From positions 64,001 to 128,000 of IMG/VR virus record IMGVR_UViG_3300012979_001162: a DNA stretch of 64,000 nucleotides. The stretch is one strand, 5' to 3'. Under the pieces are notes generated by a model. The model saw only the letters and a program-made list of their open reading frames with translations. It was not told the DNA's origin and did not search any database. Source of the stretch: a virus (Duplodnaviria > Caudoviricetes). This document shows, piece by piece, positions 11,318 to 21,760 of the stretch (position 1 is the first letter of the stretch; each line of letters starts with the position of its first letter). Made by a program: the position numbers and the translations under genes.

Positions 11318-12875
11318 ACTGAATGTATCCATGCTTAAATTTCGCTTTTGCTGCATCCGACCAAAGACCCCACGCACCTTGGAATGAGAAAATATATCCT
11401 ATACCAGTATCTGAACTTACTGCCCCCGATGAACGACTCTTCTCGATAAACACCGCTCTATATACCATATCGTCTTTAGGTTGCCATCCAACATTCTCCC
11501 ATTGATTGGTATTCTTGTTAAATACAGTCTTGAATGGGTTGCAATAGAACTTGCTCGAAGGATCAAACTCCTCTTGATACATTGAACGACATAGAATCAT
11601 CAAGTCACATACCTCTTTAATCTGTTTGCTCATTGATAATACAGAACTATCGAGAAATAATTTTCCAAGTGTATTAATTGCCAACTGTAAAGTACAGATT
11701 ACCTGAGTGCCAGGATACTTACGGGAAAGTGTCTCAAATCTACGGCTATCTTGAATAAGAGAAAGCCAACTATTGTCATTATTGGTTGACAAATCTATTT
11801 TGAATGTGTCATAAACACACGTATTTACGCCCCTATTGAGAATATACAAACGCATCTTCTTGATTGCGAGACCAACATCGCTATCTGGAATACTGATAAA
11901 ATAAAGTTGACCTTTATATCTCTTTCTCCAATACTCCTGTGCTTTAGTAATATATTCCCTATCTTCTTTGCTAATGTTTCCGTTGATTAGTTTGGTCTTT
12001 GTTAAGTTATAATAGTTGAAATGCTTAGTCAATATTAATAAAAGGAAACCAATTTTAAACGCTTTGGATCTCTGCTCATTGGAAATTATCATACACTTAC
12101 GACCCTCGTGCATCATCGACATAAGGATGCTGAGAACCATCGTTGTTTTTCCGACATTTGAATAACCACCTATAATAGTCATTCCGTCCGGAATACCATT
12201 TACTTGCTTTGAGAAGTATCTCAAGGCTTCTACTGGGTTGCCCATATAATCATCATCAAAGTATTCAAACGGAGTACCTGCCTCTTCTCCTCTTTCCAGA
12301 GATTCAATGAATTCGTCTGTGATATCTAATTCTTCTTCTTCAAGAACCTTGCTTGAATATCCCGTACCAAAACTTTCAAGCTTCGAAGTATACCAGTCCG
12401 TAACCTGTTCGCTCGACATTTTAGCAAAAAGTTTCAATGGGTTAATTGTCTTTCCCTCATACTGAATTGGCTCAAGCAGATTAAAACCAAACTTATGCAT
12501 ATCAATAATCATATTTGATTTCAGAAGATTATCGAGGTAACTTTCGTAGTTCTGGTTATTTACGCAATCTGCCATATTCTTAATTGCCTTGAAGCCACCG
12601 CTTTCTTCAAGTTTCTCTCTTACATCTTCTGATATATATGTTAAAACGGACACCTCATCAAACACCGTACATTTTTTATCTCTAAGTGTTTTCAAGATAC
12701 CGTAAATTAATCTTGCATCCTTTGTTAAAAACTTAGAACTATCGATATTAGTGTCCTCTACAAGCAACATATCATTGACCATACTTCCGATGACATTTGC
12801 TTCAATATTAACACGCCCCTCAAGTAACTCCTTGGGGATTTTATCGGTAACTCCACTTATGTATAAATTATTCAT
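11316..12875 (-). CDS. dnaB: DnaB-like replicative helicase
   Basis: N-terminal EANVIG..., Walker A GGYSNVGKT, ISNEQ, VYDTF, TLQL and EKSR motifs; ATG overlaps the upstream stop (TAATG). Confidence 0.85.
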   Translation of the reverse strand: MNNLYISGVTDKIPKELLEGRVNIEANVIGSMVNDMLLVEDTNIDSSKFLTKDARLIYGILKTLRDKKCTVFDEVSVLTYISEDVREKLEESGGFKAIKNMADCVNNQNYESYLDNLLKSNMIIDMHKFGFNLLEPIQYEGKTINPLKLFAKMSSEQVTDWYTSKLESFGTGYSSKVLEEEELDITDEFIESLERGEEAGTPFEYFDDDYMGNPVEALRYFSKQVNGIPDGMTIIGGYSNVGKTTMVLSILMSMMHEGRKCMIISNEQRSKAFKIGFLLLILTKHFNYYNLTKTKLINGNISKEDREYITKAQEYWRKRYKGQLYFISIPDSDVGLAIKKMRLYILNRGVNTCVYDTFKIDLSTNNDNSWLSLIQDSRRFETLSRKYPGTQVICTLQLAINTLGKLFLDSSVLSMSKQIKEVCDLMILCRSMYQEEFDPSSKFYCNPFKTVFNKNTNQWENVGWQPKDDMVYRAVFIEKSRSSGAVSSDTGIGYIFSFQGAWGLWSDAAKAKFKHGYIQ

Positions 12876-13372
12876 TAACAATCCTCCTCAAAGTCCAAAA
12901 GAGCTCGTCTAGTCCTTGGTTTATATTTTGTTTCATAATGCTCTTCCACTACAACTTTAGGCGGAGCAACTTCAATTGCTTTCGGTACAAATGCCTTAAT
13001 TTTATCCCTAATTATTGCCGACAAATAGCGTATACGCGCGTATTCAGAACTCTGCAACCTAGCAATCACCGAAGTTAAGTAATCTTTATTTTCTGCTAAG
13101 TACTTAGCGATTTTTGCATTATCTGCGACCTTATTCCAGACCTGCCACTCCTTGAAAAGTGCAGTCGATATAATTTCCTTCTCGCCCATAATATCGCATA
13201 TCAAACGATACACTCTATCCCTATCCTCGGCTACCTTCTTCTTGCGTTCTTCCTCTGCTTCGAACTCGGCTTCGCTGCAAAAGTACTTATTCTTCCCATT
13301 CTTATCTGTGACCTTATATGCCGTAGCAGTATCAAGCTCCGTGCCACAGATTTTACACTTTGCTTTTGCCAT
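12875..13372 (-). CDS. Zn-finger protein coupled to the helicase (possible loader/accessory factor)
   Basis: CKICG...YFCS motif; stop overlaps the helicase start. Confidence 0.6.
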   Translation of the reverse strand: MAKAKCKICGTELDTATAYKVTDKNGKNKYFCSEAEFEAEEERKKKVAEDRDRVYRLICDIMGEKEIISTALFKEWQVWNKVADNAKIAKYLAENKDYLTSVIARLQSSEYARIRYLSAIIRDKIKAFVPKAIEVAPPKVVVEEHYETKYKPRTRRALLDFEEDC

Positions 13373-13373
13373 C

Positions 13374-14517
13374 TCAACCCACCTCTCTCACCGGAACTGC
13401 TGTAAAATCAAGAGTTTCTTCTGCGTGATCATTATAATAAGTCACACTAGCAACTCTATACAATTTGCCATTATACTTGATTATATCGGTGTCCGACTCC
13501 TTATCGAAGAGAGCCTCAAGATAACCAACCTTTTTTTGGAGCTCCTTATTATTACGTGTTTCCACGAGCAATCTATTTCTAAGATTATCGCATTCCTCTC
13601 TGCGATTTGTTAACTCTGTTAGCACCGTATCTAAAGTACGTCTATCTATTTTAGTTACTTCATCTTTTGCCATCTCAATTCCTCCTTAATCATCGCAATA
13701 TTCAATCTTGATTCTATACTTATCAGGTTTGTCCTCACTAAGAAAGTCTTCCTTGAAAGATAAAATTAAATCTCCGTTGTCATCCTCGACAACCTTACTT
13801 TCAAATATAGTATAATTGCCATTTTCGTCTGGCTTATCGCACATTATTCCATCCCATTCCTCAAGCGCATATCTAATCTGATTTTCTACTTCGTACTTCT
13901 TAAGCATAATTTACTCCAATCCATCCCAGTGACCATACTTCTCATACATTGTCTGACGGTCATACTCCAAACTGTTTTCTGCATATTCTTTGCTCGTGCA
14001 AATCATCCTCGTAAAAGGATCTTCGCAAAGCCCATAACCATCTACGTGCTTCTGCACAATCGCCCACACCTCCTCAAAAGTATATGGACCATTATGGGTC
14101 ATCGTCAGAATCTCAAAATCTAACAATATGCTAACCGCCACCTTCTGCATAGTATGCGTAATTTTCTTCTGTTTCATTTTCTTCTCCTTATGTCAAAAAT
14201 TGGGGCAGTGGCTTTCACCACCACCCCTGTTTCAGAAGCAATATATGATATCGCTCCAAGTAGCCTTAATTTAGGAATCGTTCCTCAAGTTCTGCAATGT
14301 CCATCTCTTCCATATGGTCAAAGCCTGGTATATGGATTGATATATCTTCATCCATCTCAAGTAACTGCCTCGTAAGATTCAGTACGGTTGAAACGCCGAA
14401 ATCATATGCCTTTCTTTCAGAATCGGTCATACCTTTACACACACCGGTTTCAATCTTCTTAAGTAGCTTTTCTACTTCGTTAGGAACATCCATTGCGTTA
14501 AAAAGTAGTTCATTCAT
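13374..14517 (-). other. four small hypothetical genes (13374-13673, 13686-13907, 13911-14177, 14266-14517)
   Basis: co-oriented ORFs with RBS. Confidence 0.6.
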
Positions 14518-14519
14518 AA

Positions 14520-15782
14520 TTAAACCTCGTCGTTAAGTCCAAGAATCTCCTCGATAGCAAGGACGTCATTAGTCTTCATCTCTGCGCTGAGCTTATTCGA
14601 ATAAGCTACAAGATGTGCCTTAACCTTTGACTTAGTAGTCGCATCACTCGCCTTGAATGCTGCTCTAATTGCATTAAGTCTGTCGTCATCAAGAGTAATC
14701 ATTTCGTCCTCGTCTGCAATTTCTTCCTCAGGGAAGATGTCGTCAATCTCTTCTTCTACATCAAAGGGAGGAGTTGTATCCTCAACCACTTCATTCTTCT
14801 CCTCAACCTTTGCAACCACTGCCTTAAGCTGTTCCATAAGTTCGTCGTCCTCTTCCTCTGCTACGGGCTCCGTCTTCTTAGTAGCCTTCTTGGTTGTGGT
14901 CTTCTTAGTAGCAGGAGCAACACCGCCATTCTTTCTTTCAGCCTCGATAGCGTCCTTAATTGCCTGAATAAACTCGTCGCAATCAAGATTGATTTCGTCA
15001 GTGATATACTTAAATCTGCTCTTTGCATCTGCAACAAGAGCATCGTCTCTGAACTTAATCTTACGAGTCTCGTCAATTACTGCCTTACGCTCCTTCTTCT
15101 TCTTGGTCATAGGATTGGCATCTCCTACTTCCTGCTTCTCAATGCTTCTATCAAAATATCCGAAACCAATTACATGACTAGAATTCTTAATGCTGTTGAA
15201 ATACTTCATAGGCATATTAGCAGTAAGAGAAGTGTAATTAGCACCGGTGAACAAATCAGACTGATCCTTCTCCTTAACGTGAGATGTCCAATAAGTCTTT
15301 ACACCTACCTTTTCAAGTCTCGTAATTTCCTTCTTAACAGTGTCGATAACACGATCCATACCTTTACCGAAACCACCTTCAACACTATTGATACTGGTGG
15401 ACTTGGTGAAATCCTTCTTACTAATATTTTCTCTGTTCCACGCATCAATTGTATATGCCTCCGCAATTTCAAATGCAGCATCAAGAGTATCAAGAACCAC
15501 AACCTTAAGGTCTGGATAATCCGAATCCTTATTCTTTACGATATCATCAACAACTTCCTTCATCTTCTTCCAAGTAGGAACAGACTCTGCAACTACACCC
15601 TCGATTGCAGACACACCGTCCTCGGTTCCCATATCCAAAACAATATAGCCTTCAGAACCAAACTCCTTCTCGCAAATCTGATACATCAAAGTTGTCTTAC
15701 CAAATCCACTGGGGGCCATAATGCCTACCATATAATCATTAATATTAGTACTTACACTAACTTTCTTTCCAAACTTACCCAT
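14520..15782 (-). CDS. AAA-type ATPase (Sak4/AAA_24-like recombination protein) with acidic C-terminal tail
   Basis: Walker A APSGFGKTT, Walker B VVLDTLD, GGFGKG, SHVKEK and AKSRF motifs. Confidence 0.8.
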   Translation of the reverse strand: MGKFGKKVSVSTNINDYMVGIMAPSGFGKTTLMYQICEKEFGSEGYIVLDMGTEDGVSAIEGVVAESVPTWKKMKEVVDDIVKNKDSDYPDLKVVVLDTLDAAFEIAEAYTIDAWNRENISKKDFTKSTSINSVEGGFGKGMDRVIDTVKKEITRLEKVGVKTYWTSHVKEKDQSDLFTGANYTSLTANMPMKYFNSIKNSSHVIGFGYFDRSIEKQEVGDANPMTKKKKERKAVIDETRKIKFRDDALVADAKSRFKYITDEINLDCDEFIQAIKDAIEAERKNGGVAPATKKTTTKKATKKTEPVAEEEDDELMEQLKAVVAKVEEKNEVVEDTTPPFDVEEEIDDIFPEEEIADEDEMITLDDDRLNAIRAAFKASDATTKSKVKAHLVAYSNKLSAEMKTNDVLAIEEILGLNDEV

Positions 15783-15816
15783 TGTTTTATCTCCTTTTAA
15801 TCATTTTAAATTGTAA

Positions 15817-16935
15817 TTATATATCTTCGTCCTCGTCTTCATCTTCGGGGAACACATCTTCAGGTTCATCACTAACGATAGGCAACTTCTTAAGGTCTTC
15901 CTCGGTATAAACTGTCGCTTCGCTTCCCTTAGCGCTATTTCTTGCAAGAGACTGAACTCTATACTCTGTGATTCTCTCTCCGTACATACTACCGCCAAGA
16001 GCCTTAATAGCGTCCTCAAGTTCAATAAGACCCATATCAATGTTATCTCTGGTGTCTTCGTCAAGGTCATCATATGTGATAGCCTGTTCCTCAGCACCGT
16101 CGATCATCTGACATACAAGTCCACACTTTCTAACAGTTGCCTCATCGTCAAACGCCGTAAGCTTCTTCTTAAAGCCCATAGCCTTCTTCTCTGCCTTCTC
16201 ATCTCCGTTACCATTGATAACAAGAGTCATAGGCACAAATCTATTCTCCTTAATAGAACTAAAGTAATAATCAGTATAACAGTTGAAAAGCATCTTCTTA
16301 TTTTCATCATAAGACTCATCATCAATCGCATCCTCAGTATAGAATGTATTAATTGTCATCTCTGCCTTGTAGGGGGTGTCGTCTGGAACCTTGTACATTT
16401 TATCAACAGAAAGCGTTCTGTAATATTGACCCTTGCTCTCGCTATATTGGAAGTCTACTGTGCCGAGAATTCTAAACTTTACGCCATCATATTTGCCGCT
16501 GTCCACAACCTTCTTCACAAGTGTTGCAAACTCCGTCTTCTCAAGGAACTGATGATTCTTCTTCTTTGCATCGTCTTCCTTTCCTTCTTTTTTAAGAGCC
16601 TCTCTCTCGTCGAAAGTCAGAAGGTTGCAAGTATAAATTCTAAATCCCGCTACTTTATCAATAATTTCAGGATTCTTTCTGTCTTCCCACTTAACCTCAA
16701 GTTTTTCAGGCTTCTTGCCGGTCTCTGCTCTTGTGAAGGTAAGGATACGATTTTTCTTGTCGTCCTTCCACTTGCCGCCTCCAATTTCTAACATGAAACG
16801 GTTGTTTCCCGAAATTGCATTAAAACGATATTTCGTATTCTGCCATCCGCTCTCGAAATCACGTACTTCGAGCGCCTTAAAATTGTCGCTGTCCTTTACA
16901 GCTTTGAGTGTTGCAATAATCTCAAAATTTGCCAT
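15817..16935 (-). CDS. probable phage ssDNA-binding/replication protein
   Basis: 372 aa, beta-rich with a very acidic C-terminus (EDEDEDEDI); directly upstream of the AAA ATPase. Confidence 0.5.
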   Translation of the reverse strand: MANFEIIATLKAVKDSDNFKALEVRDFESGWQNTKYRFNAISGNNRFMLEIGGGKWKDDKKNRILTFTRAETGKKPEKLEVKWEDRKNPEIIDKVAGFRIYTCNLLTFDEREALKKEGKEDDAKKKNHQFLEKTEFATLVKKVVDSGKYDGVKFRILGTVDFQYSESKGQYYRTLSVDKMYKVPDDTPYKAEMTINTFYTEDAIDDESYDENKKMLFNCYTDYYFSSIKENRFVPMTLVINGNGDEKAEKKAMGFKKKLTAFDDEATVRKCGLVCQMIDGAEEQAITYDDLDEDTRDNIDMGLIELEDAIKALGGSMYGERITEYRVQSLARNSAKGSEATVYTEEDLKKLPIVSDEPEDVFPEDEDEDEDI

Positions 16936-16974
16936 AATTTCTTTTCTCCTTTTAATTAATCATTTTGTATTGTT

Positions 16975-17175
16975 TTAAAAATATTTTGGATCTAAATTTA
17001 CATTATAATACATATAAACATCTTCTTTGTTTTCACCACACCAAAGATGTTTTGTCTCATCCCGGCAACACGGGCATCGAGTCTCTATATATAAATCGTC
17101 TTCCGACACATTATGTATTTTTGTTCGGTGAACTTCGCCGCAAACTTGGCATTGTACATACACCTTATCCCCCAT
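16975..17175 (-). CDS. small Zn-ribbon protein
   Basis: CQVC...CPCC; GGAGG RBS; first gene after P4. Confidence 0.65.
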   Translation of the reverse strand: MGDKVYVQCQVCGEVHRTKIHNVSEDDLYIETRCPCCRDETKHLWCGENKEDVYMYYNVNLDPKYF

Positions 17176-17197
17176 AAATTAGCCCTCCTTTCGTGGT

Positions 17198-17290
17198 AAT
17201 CATTTTGTTCCCTTAGGTTACTCATATAATACCACAAAAGAAGGTGTTTGTCAATACTTTATGTTATTTATTTACATTTTGTTTACAATT
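17198..17290 (-). promoter_or_regulatory. promoter cassette P4 (drives the replication operon)
   Basis: TTGACA 17249-17254, 17 bp, TATTAT 17226-17231; tandem TGTAAA at 17271-17290. Confidence 0.8.
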
Positions 17291-17523
17291 GTGATTGTCA
17301 TCATCTTATCTCGCACCGTGTATGCGTTCTCATAAACCCAAAAATCCACCGCTTCCTGTTTATATACGAATAATTCTCTCCCTTTAATTACAATACCAAT
17401 CCTATGTTCATCATTGATGATTTGTGCGTTGTCGCAGTCGTATTGCTGCTCCTCAAACAGTGCATGATTAATTACTACCCTGCAGTTTTTATTTTGTAGT
17501 TGGTCCCATAGTTCAAATCTCAT
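17272..17523 (-). CDS. hypothetical protein (83 aa, MRFELWDQ...)
   Basis: ATG at 17523 after a purine-rich RBS; the longer ORF-track start runs through a promoter. Confidence 0.6.
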   Translation of the reverse strand: MRFELWDQLQNKNCRVVINHALFEEQQYDCDNAQIINDEHRIGIVIKGRELFVYKQEAVDFWVYENAYTVRDKMMTITIVNKM

Positions 17524-17565
17524 CAATTTCTCTTCCCCTTTGTCAATCAATATATTGTTATGTAC

Positions 17566-17595
17566 ATTATACACCGAACACCCATTCGGATTCAA
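17566..17595 (-). promoter_or_regulatory. sigmaA-like promoter with a LexA (Cheo)-like box in the spacer
   Basis: TTGAAT-18-TATAAT on the minus strand; CGAAC-ACCC-ATTCG at 17575-17588, one mismatch to CGAAC-N4-GTTCG. Confidence 0.55.
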
Positions 17596-17671
17596 TGCAT
17601 AATTTATGGTAAAATTATGAATAATGTGACTTTTTTGCCTTCATCATACATAATATGGCGTTTTTGGAATA

Positions 17672-18661
17672 TCATTCTTCCGTTTCTTTAATACCATATT
17701 GTTCATATAGGTGTCGCTGGGGCGCGAATTCTCCAAAATATTTCACCTCAGCGTTAAGCCGGGCACGAATAGCATCATCTTTGTTTTCAAAATAACCAAG
17801 ATGCATGTGTTTATTTTCCGCTTTAATATATGCCCTCCACTTACTATGTTTTTTGCTCCATCCCACTCCAATAAATCCACTTTTGTTGTTTTTATATAAA
17901 CTAATATTTTTCGCATTTTGTTCTACTGTTGCCGGTCTTAAATTTGATTTTTTGTTATTTAGCGGATTTCGATCTATGTGATCGCAATATTTACCTTTAA
18001 TCAAATAATGCATAGCAATACTTCTATTTAAAGTGCTATCGCGAGCCTCTAACCTGTGATAGTCATTGTTTTTATTTGAGGTCTCGCTCCAACAGTATTT
18101 TTTAATTTTATCGTAGTCATCAAGATCGAAATAAAATTCTCTATTTGTATTAGATGTCCACCCTATGCCGTATTCTCCACTTAAATCATACTTATTATAT
18201 TTCTTCATTGTTTCCGACGCCCTTTCTGATTGGAAACAGCCACAAGACAGTGTGTGCCCACATTGTAAATGAGATGCTCTTACAATAACATTATTATTCC
18301 CACACTCGCACTCACACAACCATTGCGGCATATGAGCTCCCTTATTATTTATATAATCATCTACACGTTTAACTACTGTTAACCTACTACTCTCAAATCC
18401 GTGCTCCTTCATAACCCAACCCGTCATATCAATAAAATTGGCGTTGCTTGCTCTTTCTTTTTGTAAACAACCACAAGATTGTGTTGTGCCATTTTTTAAA
18501 CGGTATCCAACAACAAGCGTTTTGTTGTGATTTTCGCATGAGCATTCGCATAACCATCGTGGCATATGGGCTCCTTTTGGAGAAACATAATCTTCCACTT
18601 GTTGAACAACCGTAAGCCTTCCAAAAACTCTTCCCGTTAAATCTTCTTTAACTTTAACCAT
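17672..18661 (-). CDS. HNH homing endonuclease with C-terminal AP2 domain
   Basis: duplicated N-terminal RLTVV...WLCEC.C...SCGC repeat, DHIDRNPLNNKKSNLR, and AP2 signature SGFIGV...KWRAYI...LGYF. Confidence 0.85.
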   Translation of the reverse strand: MVKVKEDLTGRVFGRLTVVQQVEDYVSPKGAHMPRWLCECSCENHNKTLVVGYRLKNGTTQSCGCLQKERASNANFIDMTGWVMKEHGFESSRLTVVKRVDDYINNKGAHMPQWLCECECGNNNVIVRASHLQCGHTLSCGCFQSERASETMKKYNKYDLSGEYGIGWTSNTNREFYFDLDDYDKIKKYCWSETSNKNNDYHRLEARDSTLNRSIAMHYLIKGKYCDHIDRNPLNNKKSNLRPATVEQNAKNISLYKNNKSGFIGVGWSKKHSKWRAYIKAENKHMHLGYFENKDDAIRARLNAEVKYFGEFAPQRHLYEQYGIKETEE

Positions 18662-18721
18662 ATAAAACCTCCTTAATCATTTTGTATTGTTTAGTACAAT
18701 GAATAAAGGATTACATATCCC

Positions 18722-19672
18722 CTATTCAAAATACATAGAAAATTTATCTAACAATATTTGAGCATAAAACTCTTCCGACAAAATATCGTACCTTCTCGCC
18801 AACGACTCTGCTTGTTTTGTTTTAGTAAACTCTCTAAACTCTAACCCTGTTTCTTTTACACCTTGTTGAAGATGGTATAACAAACCACTATTTTGAAGGC
18901 TTCCACTCGTTACTCTGATCCCAAGGTCTTTAGATATTAATATCAACCTTCTTTGCACCCAGCGATAACGACGCTCTTGATCTTCTTTGCTATCTTGGTT
19001 GTCATTATCAGATAAACTATTACATCTTGCCTTATATAATCCAAGACTTCTGACCTTGGCAATACGATTAGTTTCCCCAAATGAAATTAATTCATCTTCT
19101 GTAAACCCTTGTTTCAACATATCGTAAGCACTCTCTGTGATGTCAATGATTTTACCACTCTTAAAATATACCTTTAAGTCGCTATGACTTACTTGATTCC
19201 ATTGCATAAAAGTCAGTTCTTTCAAAAGATTTCCTCCAACGCCATAGAACAGTAACCACACTATGCATTTGTCGGTCCAGTTGAGTAGTTGCTCTATAAT
19301 ATCCTCGACGTCATCTTTGCTCAAAATCAGGCTCTTCTGCTTTTCGGTATCAACAACCTCATTCAACATATCTTTCGTCATTTCCTCATAAGTGTTTGCA
19401 ACCTCTATGTTTTTCTTAAATGCAAACCATCTTGCGGCGTGTTTCAAAACCAAGTTGTTATTCTGCAACGTCACAACAGAGATAGCGTGGACGCTTTTAT
19501 ACATTTCCAACGCCTCTTCTGTTGTGAAGTCATAAAACGGTTTGTTGAACTTATGCTCAAATTCAACTGCTCTATTAAGCGTTGCTCTTGTGGTAGTCAT
19601 TATGATAACTTTGCTTCTTTGATACTCCTGTAGAAAGTCTTCTATTTCTACTTCGCTTGTATACACATACAT
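18722..19672 (-). CDS. degenerate tyrosine-recombinase-fold protein, MrpR(YopR)-like repressor candidate
   Basis: recombinase-like layout (LSKDDV...DKCIVWLLFYGV...KEL...SLQNSG) without the catalytic R and HxxR; 316 aa; next to an intact integrase. Confidence 0.6.
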   Translation of the reverse strand: MYVYTSEVEIEDFLQEYQRSKVIIMTTTRATLNRAVEFEHKFNKPFYDFTTEEALEMYKSVHAISVVTLQNNNLVLKHAARWFAFKKNIEVANTYEEMTKDMLNEVVDTEKQKSLILSKDDVEDIIEQLLNWTDKCIVWLLFYGVGGNLLKELTFMQWNQVSHSDLKVYFKSGKIIDITESAYDMLKQGFTEDELISFGETNRIAKVRSLGLYKARCNSLSDNDNQDSKEDQERRYRWVQRRLILISKDLGIRVTSGSLQNSGLLYHLQQGVKETGLEFREFTKTKQAESLARRYDILSEEFYAQILLDKFSMYFE

Positions 19673-19709
19673 CGACTCCTTATTTTTTTATCGTTTTTAT
19701 TATAACACT

Positions 19710-19736
19710 ACAAAATGATGAACGCAATCATTTTGT
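19710..19736. promoter_or_regulatory. inverted pair of the leader motif (ACAAAATGAT-7 nt-ATCATTTTGT) upstream of the MrpR-like gene
   Basis: perfect 10-bp inverted repeat at 19710-19719 and 19727-19736. Confidence 0.6.
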
Positions 19737-19738
19737 TT

Positions 19739-20725
19739 TTAAAAAAGATTGTCAAGAACTCCCTTTGTTTTCTCTCTATCCTCATTAAATACGTCCAAAT
19801 AACGCATAGTTACTCCGATTCCGCTATGACCAAGTTGTTGCGCAATCGCCTTTACTGGAACACCCGCCTTCGCCAAAGCACAAGCTGAAGATGCGCGAAG
19901 CTTATGGAATGTAACTCTTTTAATTCCCGCCCAATCACAATACTTCTCCAACATATCATTAGCATCCCATACAGATAATCTATTATAACCTTTGGTAAGA
20001 AACAATGCCTGAGAATCAACGTCTTTATACTCATTTGCTCTAAACTCAACATATTCTCTCAACATATTCATCGTATTCTCACCCATAGGAATTTCGCGCA
20101 CCTTCTGTCTCTTCTCAACAACCTGAATAACACTATTCTCAAAATCAATGTCCTCCACGTTGATGTTAACAATTGCACTCACACGAAGAGCGGTAGCAAG
20201 AGCAAGACTAATAATAGTCCTGTCTCTCATTCGAAACACTTCGTTCTCATTCTTATCAATCGCCTTGAACAACTTGCTAATCTCCGCCTTTGTTAAATAC
20301 GTTACTTTATGTTCCGTATTATTCTTAGGTCTATTCACAACGCCCATAGGATTTTTATCAATATATCCCCTCTTAAGACACCAATCAAAAAACGTATTCA
20401 AAGAGCTCCAACGAGACTGAAGGATATCATCACCCATTCTCTTAATTCCTCTTGCCGTTTCTTTGGTTTCTAGAGAAATCATATAGTTTTCCACGTCGGA
20501 CGGCGTAATATGTTTGTAGAAATCCTCTGCGACATCACCATCACATACAAATCTTGCAAAATGCAACACGTTGTTGATATACACGTTTACCGTCGTATAA
20601 GACTTTCTATTTGCTCTCATTGAAGTACAATATTCACCAATAATTTTCGGCATCCCCTTCAATTTTTCCTTCATCTTTTCATAAAATTGAGTTTCTTTTT
20701 CCAACCTTCCAGCTATGTTATTCAT
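19739..20725 (-). CDS. tyrosine recombinase/integrase (XerC/D-like)
   Basis: full catalytic set: TALRVS (R), EKR (K), HKLR, LGHS, TMRY; N-terminal SAM-like domain. Confidence 0.9.
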   Translation of the reverse strand: MNNIAGRLEKETQFYEKMKEKLKGMPKIIGEYCTSMRANRKSYTTVNVYINNVLHFARFVCDGDVAEDFYKHITPSDVENYMISLETKETARGIKRMGDDILQSRWSSLNTFFDWCLKRGYIDKNPMGVVNRPKNNTEHKVTYLTKAEISKLFKAIDKNENEVFRMRDRTIISLALATALRVSAIVNINVEDIDFENSVIQVVEKRQKVREIPMGENTMNMLREYVEFRANEYKDVDSQALFLTKGYNRLSVWDANDMLEKYCDWAGIKRVTFHKLRASSACALAKAGVPVKAIAQQLGHSGIGVTMRYLDVFNEDREKTKGVLDNLF

Positions 20726-20737
20726 AATAACCTCCTA

Positions 20738-21665
20738 TTATTTTTTAATTTTATGTCTTGTGATATATTTACGCCAAATTATAGTTGCCACAATCCAAAT
20801 AATCCAATTGCCCTTAAAAATCGTTGCGATTGCCATAACAACAATCCACAAAATAGTGGCCTCGTCGTTTTCTAAGCTATTTGGATGATCGTACCTTCTG
20901 TACCGCTCTTCAAAGCTTTCTTTTGGCGGCTGATTTTTTGCTTTTTCTTGCTCTCGCTCTTCGTCCCGCTTTTTTATCTCATCCAAGAACTCATTCAATT
21001 CCTTCTCTCGTTCTTCCGGCGTAAGATTTTTATTTCTATGGTACTCTGCAAGCCACTCTTCCTTGGTTTGCCCGGGCCATTCTCTAATCACCGTGCCACC
21101 TCCTTATACCGCCATGCTTGTAGTCATCTGCCTTCTTGCTTTACGCAATTCTTTCTTCTGCTCATGTTGTCTCCAGAAGTCGTGTTCTTCACATCTGGTG
21201 AATGCATCACACTGTCTACCATGCTTACACAGACATCCGTGCTGTTTCATTGTCTTGACAGTCATAGCGGTTTTATGATATCTACACATCCCAACCGCTC
21301 TATTTTTACTAATCGTGCTCCCATATAGACCTGGGAGCAATTCCGTCTGATTTACATCCATTATAACATAACCTCCCTTCAATCATTTTGATTCGTCATT
21401 AAATTTCATCAACGCAACTTGCCGCTTCTTCTGCTGCCTCAATTGCATTGCCCATAGATTCTATTGCCTCATTCATCGCATCAATTGCTTCTTCTGCATC
21501 CATTGCCCTTTGGCTGCTTTGAAGATTCTCTGGGATATTATTAAAATAGTCATCTTCTTCAGAGCAAATATTCTCAAGTACATCCTTTAGTTCTTCACCT
21601 TGCGCCGCCCAATCTTCTGCCTTCTTAACCCATTCCATCAATTCCTTGCGTCTATTCTTGTTCAT
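20738..21665 (-). other. three hypothetical genes (20738-21091 with a C-terminal TM segment, ~21104-21361, 21399-21665)
   Basis: co-oriented ORFs between P5 and the integrase. Confidence 0.6.
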
Positions 21666-21696
21666 AATAAAATTTCTCCTTTTAATTTGTATCTTA

Positions 21697-21760
21697 ATTA
21701 TACATTATTTTTTGGTGTTGTCAATAATTTTGTTGTGTATTTTACAAAACGTTTACAATT
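21697..21760 (-). promoter_or_regulatory. promoter cassette P5
   Basis: TTGACA 21719-21724, 16 bp, TATAAT 21697-21702; tandem TTGTAAA at 21741-21760. Confidence 0.75.
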
